64,000 nt of DNA, from the NCBI GenBank assembly GCA_016176465.1, contig JACOXD010000011.1, positions 12,318 through 76,317 of the forward strand, read 5' to 3'. The stretch is from Candidatus Daviesbacteria bacterium (GTDB taxonomy: Bacteria; Patescibacteriota; Microgenomatia; Daviesbacterales; UBA10151). Of this stretch, positions 58,038 to 64,000 are shown piece by piece. The notes beneath the pieces are model-generated. The model had not been told where the DNA came from. It searched no databases and was given only the letters and a program-made list of their open reading frames with translations. Position 1 is the stretch's first letter. The number at the start of each line of letters is the position of its first letter. The translations under genes were made by a program, and so were the position numbers.

Positions 58038-58994
58038 TTAGTTAGAAAAAACTTGAGTTATCATTAATCCATAAACCCCTCCATCCATTATCCCTATAGC
58101 AATCCTATTGAAATCACTTGATAAAATATTAGCTTTATGTCCTTCTGAGCGCATTAATCCTAAATGAGCAGAATCTAGTGTTGGAGCATAAGCTAGATTC
58201 TCTCCTATAATTAGATAATTTATATTATATTTTTTTACCCTATCTGCTACACTTTCTCCTTCAGGGGAGTAGTGAGAGAAGTAACCTCTTTTTAACATAT
58301 CTCCACTGTGATCTCTTGCAGGAGGTAATAATTGCGGAGCAAATTCATAAGGCTTTAGTCCTATTGAAGTTCTCTCTTTAGTCACTCTTTCCAACATCAA
58401 AACTTCTAACTGTTCATTTGGTGAAAATTCATCTGTTTGAAACCCTAGAGTAATACTTTGATTGCTTTGCGGCTTAACAGTCAGAAACGTCAAAGTATCC
58501 GAACTTATGCCACCAAAAACATTTTTTAAAGGAGCTTCCAGACTTTGAGCCCTAACTAAAATAAACGAACCAATTTTTGATTCATTAACTGCTTTTTTAA
58601 CTTTTGGCTGGATGGGGAAACTACCAATTAAAACAAGCAAAATAGCAATAAATATTAAGCCTCGAAGTAGGGATGGAATAAATGAAAAAGGTCTTAAAAA
58701 ATTATCCATTTCTTTAACAAGATAATTTCTGGATATTAGAAGGGTAATTATAAGTAAAAGTATTGACTCAACAATAAACCAAACACCTACAAATCCCAAT
58801 ACAGCGCTTAGAGAGTGTGGAACTGCAAATTGTTGTTCAAAAAAATTTCCCAAAAGGTTATAGAAACGAAGAGAAAGAAAAAAAGAAATTAAAAATGAAA
58901 AAAAATTAAAAACTTCATTTAAAAAACTTTTTCCCAAACCCTCCAGTAAAAATAGCAATAAAATTCCTAAAATAATTAAATCAATCCAATTCAT
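58038..58994 (-). CDS. CvpA-like membrane protein fused to CAP/SCP (YkwD-like) domain
   Basis: N-terminal 4 TM; C-terminal GENLAY ... HLGLMRSEGHKANIL. Confidence 0.5.
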   Translation of the reverse strand: MNWIDLIILGILLLFLLEGLGKSFLNEVFNFFSFLISFFLSLRFYNLLGNFFEQQFAVPHSLSAVLGFVGVWFIVESILLLIITLLISRNYLVKEMDNFLRPFSFIPSLLRGLIFIAILLVLIGSFPIQPKVKKAVNESKIGSFILVRAQSLEAPLKNVFGGISSDTLTFLTVKPQSNQSITLGFQTDEFSPNEQLEVLMLERVTKERTSIGLKPYEFAPQLLPPARDHSGDMLKRGYFSHYSPEGESVADRVKKYNINYLIIGENLAYAPTLDSAHLGLMRSEGHKANILSSDFNRIAIGIMDGGVYGLMITQVFSN

Positions 58995-59105
58995 AATTTT
59001 TTTTGGACTAAATCGGTCAAAATCATACTATTTAAATAGTCTTTACTGCCGATTTGTCCATTACAAGCTTACTCGATTTTACAATTATGGTTACCTGAAG
59101 GCTGA

Positions 59106-59948
59106 CTACTTTCGCTTAACTGAAGTTGCGAATGGTATCTCCAACCAGTCTTTTACTTTTCTTATTTTTTTATTTATCCTCCAAACTTCCTCCATCAAAC
59201 TCAAATCAACTCCTTTTTCTTTTGCAAAACCTAGGAGTGCAGTAACATCTTTAGGAAAACATTTTCCTCCAAAACCGCCAACTGTTGTAACATCCAAATG
59301 AGTATCTTCAATCCTTTTATCAGCAACCACTAACTTTTTAACCTCTTCATATTTAATCCCTAAAGCTTCGCATAATTTTTGCATCTGATTGGCGAAAATC
59401 ACTTTCATAGAAAGGTAAGCATTTGCCATATATTTAACCATTTCCGCGCTTGTTGGATCTGTTTGGAAAATAGGAATTTGTGGAAAGCGACTTTTATATA
59501 AAACTACAAGTCTCCTTGAAACTAAATCATTGCTGGCACCAATGATAGTCCTATCCGGATTCATAAAATCTTCCATGTAGGTTGCTTCTCTTAAAAATTC
59601 AGGATTAAAAGCAAAATGAGTTTTAGGATATTTTTTTTCATAACTTGCAGTAGTTCCGGGAACTACTGTGGATTTTATTACCACAATTTTATCACTGTTA
59701 GCCGCTAAGGGAGCAATTTTACTGATATTTTCATCAATAATAGAAAGGTCAATTCCAGACTCATCATCAAACATTGGGGTAGGTAACGTTATGAAGATAA
59801 ATTCAGATTTTTTTACAACCTCATCTAAAAAATCACTGTCTTTAAATTTATCATAAAAGTAAATTTCATCTCCTTTAAATCCATTTGCCAAAGCTTGTCC
59901 AACAATACCATAACCAATTATGCCAATTTTTGCTTTAGGTAAATCCAT
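59106..59948 (-). CDS. UDP-glucose/GDP-mannose dehydrogenase family protein (second short form)
   Basis: KIGIIGYGIVGQA, LPTP, GGKCFPKD; 280 aa, no C-terminal domain. Confidence 0.6.
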   Translation of the reverse strand: MDLPKAKIGIIGYGIVGQALANGFKGDEIYFYDKFKDSDFLDEVVKKSEFIFITLPTPMFDDESGIDLSIIDENISKIAPLAANSDKIVVIKSTVVPGTTASYEKKYPKTHFAFNPEFLREATYMEDFMNPDRTIIGASNDLVSRRLVVLYKSRFPQIPIFQTDPTSAEMVKYMANAYLSMKVIFANQMQKLCEALGIKYEEVKKLVVADKRIEDTHLDVTTVGGFGGKCFPKDVTALLGFAKEKGVDLSLMEEVWRINKKIRKVKDWLEIPFATSVKRK

Positions 59949-60108
59949 TTTTAGCTACTTTAATTTACACTTTTTTTCCTATTATTACAATAATCTAAGA
60001 TTAAATCTAATGCTTGACTAAAATTAGTAAATAAGCAATATTAAGGTAACTTTTTTAAGGGGGTGAGAAATTATAAGTAGAAATCTTTGGATAATTATAG
60101 CTGTTGTT

Positions 60109-60492
60109 GTGGTTTTACTTTTGGGAGGATACATCTATACTCAAAGAGGTGCAAAGTATCAAGCCCCATCCCCTGTAACTTCTCCAGAAATAAATAGTGC
60201 AGAAGAGGCAACATCAGAGGCATCTTCGAATCAAGAGGGATCAGAGGTCATGGTGGAAATAAGCAACTTTACCTTTGTGCCTAAAACAATAACTGTTAAG
60301 GTGGGCACAACTGTTACCTTTACAAATAAGGATTCCGTAGGACACAGCGCTACTGCAGATGATGGTAGTTTTGATACAGGAGTACTTTCTCAAAATGAGT
60401 CTGGATCAGTTACTTTTAGTAAAGCTGGTACCTTTGCATATCACTGTACCCCTCATCCTAATATGCAGGCAACTGTGGTGGTTGAGGAGTAG
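60109..60492 (+). CDS. Cupredoxin (plastocyanin/pseudoazurin-like type-1 copper protein)
   Basis: GHSATADDG ... YHCTPHPNMQ (H, C, H, M ligands); GTG start in track, N-terminal TM continues upstream without ATG. Confidence 0.7.
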   Translation: MVLLLGGYIYTQRGAKYQAPSPVTSPEINSAEEATSEASSNQEGSEVMVEISNFTFVPKTITVKVGTTVTFTNKDSVGHSATADDGSFDTGVLSQNESGSVTFSKAGTFAYHCTPHPNMQATVVVEE

Positions 60493-60675
60493 TTGTTTCT
60501 CGGTTTTTAGGCTATAGGATGTGAGAAATATAGTAGGCTTTGTGATAAAATACCAGCCAATGGAAGAAAGACCCCATCTTTATATTATCCCTATTGTCCA
60601 TACCTATGCTGACATGAGGAGTCTGAGAGACAGAACTCCTTTTGATGAGCGATATGAAGTCGCGACAACACGATA

Positions 60676-61041
60676 TTGGGTGGGAACGGAGGGAAGATGA
60701 GCCATCGTTATGAAAGTGATCCGGGAATAACATCTGACGAACAGTTAGATAGAGGAGAGCAGTACAAAGTTAGAGACATACTGATGGCTATAGTGGTGCT
60801 CCCGTTAACTTTGATGAGGTTGGCTAGAGCTTTAGAGAGACTAAATAGTGAGCTAGCCCACTACAATCGGCTACCGAAAACTTTGGAAGGTGTAGTTGAA
60901 GTCGGGCAGGATTTTAATGAAGGGTTTTATCGACTTTTTGATGGTAGAGTAAAATATAATCGTGATAATCCAGGAATCCCTCAAGATAATATATCTGAGG
61001 GAGTCTCTTCCAAGGCTAATTCTACTTATATTCCAGAATAG
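60676..61041 (+). CDS. Hypothetical protein (GC-rich island)
   Basis: 121 aa ORF. Confidence 0.25.
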   Translation: MGGNGGKMSHRYESDPGITSDEQLDRGEQYKVRDILMAIVVLPLTLMRLARALERLNSELAHYNRLPKTLEGVVEVGQDFNEGFYRLFDGRVKYNRDNPGIPQDNISEGVSSKANSTYIPE

Positions 61042-61081
61042 CTAATCAAGAAATACTTTCCAAATTGCACTGTCGTCTTAC

Positions 61082-62344
61082 CTATAAGCTATCCGCCTTA
61101 ACAACAGGTTCTGGATGGAGTCCAGAAGGATCTGTATGACCTGCATTGAGAGCTTCTGCAGCAGCTACCAATCCATCTCGTATCTGTGACCAGGTTAATC
61201 CGGGATTAGATTTAATATATAAGGCGGCTGATCCTGCTACATGAGGAGAGGCCATGCTGGTGCCGCTGATTGTGTTGTATCCGCCCCCTTTCCAGGTTGA
61301 GAGGATGCTCACACCTGGCGCCCCCAGATCAACAACACTACCATAGTTGCTGAAAGTAGCAAAAGTGTCATCCGCGCCGTAAGAAGTGGCTGGACCCAGT
61401 CCTCCTGGTTGACCATCAGAATCAGCCAAAGCTGAGACAGCGATGACGGTATCATCATAGGCAGCAGGGACAAACTTGCTTGCATCATCGCTGCTATTGC
61501 CAGCTGCTACTGCATAGGTGACACCCGCATTTGTTGAGTTACAAATTGCTTTATGCAAGGCATCACCATTAGTATTTCCGCAATTATTATCACTACTACC
61601 ACTGCCACCTAAACTCATATTAGCAACCTTGATGTTGAACGTTGCCGCGTTTGCTGTTACCCAATCAACCCCGCAGATAACTGATGACCAAGTACCTGAC
61701 CCTATTCTATTAAGCACTTTGACAGCAATAAGCTTTGCCTCAGGTGCAACCCCGACAACCCCAATATCGTTATTAACCGCGGCAATAGTTCCCGCAACAT
61801 GACTGCCATGCCCGTTATCATCATTCCCTGTCTTTGCTCCTCGAATACAGCTTTTGTTTGCGACGATGTTATTCTTTAAATCAGGATGTGCTAAATCAAT
61901 ACCAGTATCAATAACAGCCACACCAATACCCGTTCCTTTATTGGGATTTACCAGTGCATTTACCCGACTGATCCCTGTTGGGGTAGTTTGGGCAAATGCC
62001 TCAACAACTCTATCCTCCGAGACAAATTGAACACGAGAGTCACCTTTTACCTTGTCAAGTCTTGCTTGAGGGATTGTGGCGGAAAAACCTTTAAGAGCAG
62101 TAGAATACACATGTTCAACAGAAAGACCATGGGTGCGTGCCATTTCATTGGCAACATCTTGGGGGCTTCCAATATCATCTTTCAACACCACAATAAAGTT
62201 ATTGGGGATAACATTAGACTTTCCCTGAGCTTCTACCTTGAGACCTGCTTGGGATAAAAGAACACCCCCTAAGACGAATAAAAGTAACAGAGAAGCAATG
62301 AATATATGTCTAAATCTACCACTAAACATAGTTGATGTTATCAC
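61082..62344 (-). CDS. Subtilisin-like serine protease (peptidase S8) with signal peptide and I9 propeptide
   Basis: VAVIDTGIDLAHPDL (Asp), HGSHVAGTIAA (His), GTSMASPHVAGSAALY (Ser). Confidence 0.85.
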   Translation of the reverse strand: MITSTMFSGRFRHIFIASLLLLFVLGGVLLSQAGLKVEAQGKSNVIPNNFIVVLKDDIGSPQDVANEMARTHGLSVEHVYSTALKGFSATIPQARLDKVKGDSRVQFVSEDRVVEAFAQTTPTGISRVNALVNPNKGTGIGVAVIDTGIDLAHPDLKNNIVANKSCIRGAKTGNDDNGHGSHVAGTIAAVNNDIGVVGVAPEAKLIAVKVLNRIGSGTWSSVICGVDWVTANAATFNIKVANMSLGGSGSSDNNCGNTNGDALHKAICNSTNAGVTYAVAAGNSSDDASKFVPAAYDDTVIAVSALADSDGQPGGLGPATSYGADDTFATFSNYGSVVDLGAPGVSILSTWKGGGYNTISGTSMASPHVAGSAALYIKSNPGLTWSQIRDGLVAAAEALNAGHTDPSGLHPEPVVKADSL

Positions 62345-62632
62345 TATATGCTACTAGAGAGTAAAAGTCAAGTTCTACCGGATCTACCATTAAGTTTGTG
62401 ACCTACGATTTGGTTCTTACGAACTCCACTATAGAAGAATTCGTACAGACTCTCAAGGAATGGAGGATCGTATTTGAGTCTTGTCCCAAGAAATTTAATT
62501 ATGCAACCACCTAATAATCCTGGCACTAGTTGATTATGTTGGAAATTATTATCAATCAATAAACCTTTATCCCTCATCTATTTTAAGATAGGCAATTCAT
62601 TATTTGCCCGACATTAAACAGACAAGGTTACG

Positions 62633-62869
62633 TTATGGAAGTGGCTCACAAAAAGTATGGAAGAAAGCCACCTCATCATTTACTGGATTGAGGACACTTG
62701 CAAATTCTCCCAAACCTTTTGTACCATTACCGTCTAAATCTTGAGCAAAAGCTGCCTCTGTTATACCAAATAGTTGGCAACTCGCATGTCCTTCATGAGC
62801 AAAAACTGGTATTGCGGAACTTGCAAACAGTTTTGCGCTTGCAGCTGCTCCGATTAAAAATTTTTTCAA
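62633..62869 (-). CDS. Small secreted 2-Cys protein upstream of S8 protease
   Basis: Signal peptide MKKFLIGAAASAKLFASSAIPVFA then HEGHASCQ...FHTFCEPLP. Confidence 0.35.
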   Translation of the reverse strand: MKKFLIGAAASAKLFASSAIPVFAHEGHASCQLFGITEAAFAQDLDGNGTKGLGEFASVLNPVNDEVAFFHTFCEPLP

Positions 62870-62985
62870 TGTATCTCACCCCCTTTCATATGTAGGTAAT
62901 CTTTACATATGCCTTGTACCCAATGCCAAATGCATTATCCTCTAGTACACCCTCCGGGTGATTTAGCTTTACACCCTTTCTTGTG

Positions 62986-63059
62986 TGACCCGCCTCGGAC
63001 TCGAACCGAGAACCAACAGCTTAAAAGGCTGCTGCTCTTACCATTGAGCTAGCGGGCCA
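62986..63059 (-). tRNA. tRNA-Lys (anticodon TTT)
   Basis: Reverse complement: GGCCCGC-TA-GCTCAATGGTAAGAGC-A-GCAGC-CTTTTAA-GCTGT...TTCGAGT...GCGGGTC-A. Confidence 0.8.
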
Positions 63060-63213
63060 TTAATTTAGTTTTTAACCAATCCCATCCACTATACGATCTA
63101 GATACTTTAAGCCTCAATATTTTAACATTCAAGGAGGGTAATAGTCTATCTAAACTTGTAGCAATTAGTGCTGGATATGTTCCCAGAGTGAATTTGGAGT
63201 AAAATGGAAGAAA

Positions 63214-63864
63214 GTGGATACTAAAGTTAAACAAAAGCTTGATGATTTTTTCAAGCAGTACAAATATCAAAAGTTTGAAAAAGGTAAAATATTGGTGAGA
63301 GCAGATGCTAATCCAAAAGGCATTTTCTATCTTACAGAGGGTGTGGTTAGAAGATATTCAATTTCTCAACTTGGGAAGGAACTAACTCTTAATATCTATC
63401 GACCCATATCTTTCTTCCCCATGGATTTTGCAATAAATAAAACTTCTAGTTCTCATTTTTATGAGGCCATGAGTGATGTTGAGGTTTTCAGGGCTCCCAA
63501 AAAGCAGCTTTTGGAGTTTTTTAAAGAAAATAATGATGTTATGTTTGATCTAATTAGTAGAATATATAAAGGTTTAGAAGGCTATATGATGAGGATGGAG
63601 TATCTAATGGCTGGAAATGCTCAAGCTAGGCTAATCACAGAGTTTCTAATTTATGCCAGACGTTTTGGACAGTTAAAGGGCAGTAAAATAATAGTGAATT
63701 TAAAAGTAACTGAGAAAGACCTAGCTTCACAATCTGGCATGACTCGGGAAACTGTTAGTAGAGAGATCCAAAAGCTCAAACAATTGGGGATAATAGATTT
63801 TAAGAAAAATAAATTAAAATTTAATAAATTAGAGAAATTAGAACAAATGTTGTTTGGAATTTAG
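63214..63864 (+). CDS. Crp/Fnr-family transcriptional regulator
   Basis: cNMP-binding beta-roll then C-terminal HTH RETVSREIQKLKQLGII. Confidence 0.75.
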   Translation: MDTKVKQKLDDFFKQYKYQKFEKGKILVRADANPKGIFYLTEGVVRRYSISQLGKELTLNIYRPISFFPMDFAINKTSSSHFYEAMSDVEVFRAPKKQLLEFFKENNDVMFDLISRIYKGLEGYMMRMEYLMAGNAQARLITEFLIYARRFGQLKGSKIIVNLKVTEKDLASQSGMTRETVSREIQKLKQLGIIDFKKNKLKFNKLEKLEQMLFGI

Positions 63865-64000
63865 AATTTGATATAACTTAACTATTATAGGGTTGAAGTT
63901 TAGTTTTACTCAGTAAGTACCAAAAAAAAGCTATCTTCCTCTTTTATTTAAGCTTATGTGGATTATATTTTTAAATCCAAAATAGGTTAGGTTAATAACA

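Noticed and set aside
60512-60733. ORF 60512-60733 and 62368-62577 in the GC-rich island
   Set aside because: Short, no RBS/motifs, overlap better-supported features or sit in a likely promoter region; not called.
1-64000. CRISPR array search
   Set aside because: The repeats found (palindromic elements, hairpins, IRs) are few, irregularly spaced and mostly inside genes. No run of regularly spaced direct repeats and no cas genes were found.

Overview
AT-rich (~30% GC) bacterial chromosomal window; the gene content suggests an uncultured Patescibacteria/CPR-like or similar reduced-genome bacterium. Three regions stand out.

(1) 1-7850: an integrated plasmid/phage-like mobile module, all on the minus strand. 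It carries an AEP-type Prim-Pol primase-polymerase, a replication-associated partner, a small serine recombinase translationally overlapping an excisionase-family HTH protein, an XRE regulator and a tandem family of small single-pass 2-Cys membrane peptides.

(2) 8.1-14.7 kb: an IS200/IS605-like HUH (Y1) transposase element with TTGACA-hairpin ends, followed by an alginate-like polyuronate module. That module has a short UDP-glucose/GDP-mannose dehydrogenase, a processive GT2 synthase (QRLRW) fused to LysM and an AlgG-like C5-epimerase beta-helix (DPHD + NNxSY), and a secreted epimerase paralog.

(3) The rest of the window: an SOS/NER neighbourhood (dinB, uvrC, uvrA, uvrB, lexA), envelope glycosylation genes (GT-C enzymes, PAP2, phosphodiester glycosidase), five tRNAs, a second IS200-like copy and several GC-rich, probably horizontally acquired, islands (S8 protease, cupredoxin, Tat-lipoprotein).

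The most unusual signal is a family of ~38-40 bp perfect-stem palindromic elements (CAATCCCGG(T/A)TTG...CAA(A/T)CCGGGATTG) inserted IN FRAME inside dinB, uvrB and uvrC, analogous to Rickettsia palindromic elements. dinB carries a second, GC-rich in-frame palindrome. Candidate LexA-operator palindromes sharing a TTCGGG core lie upstream of lexA, uvrB and uvrA. No CRISPR array or rRNA was found.
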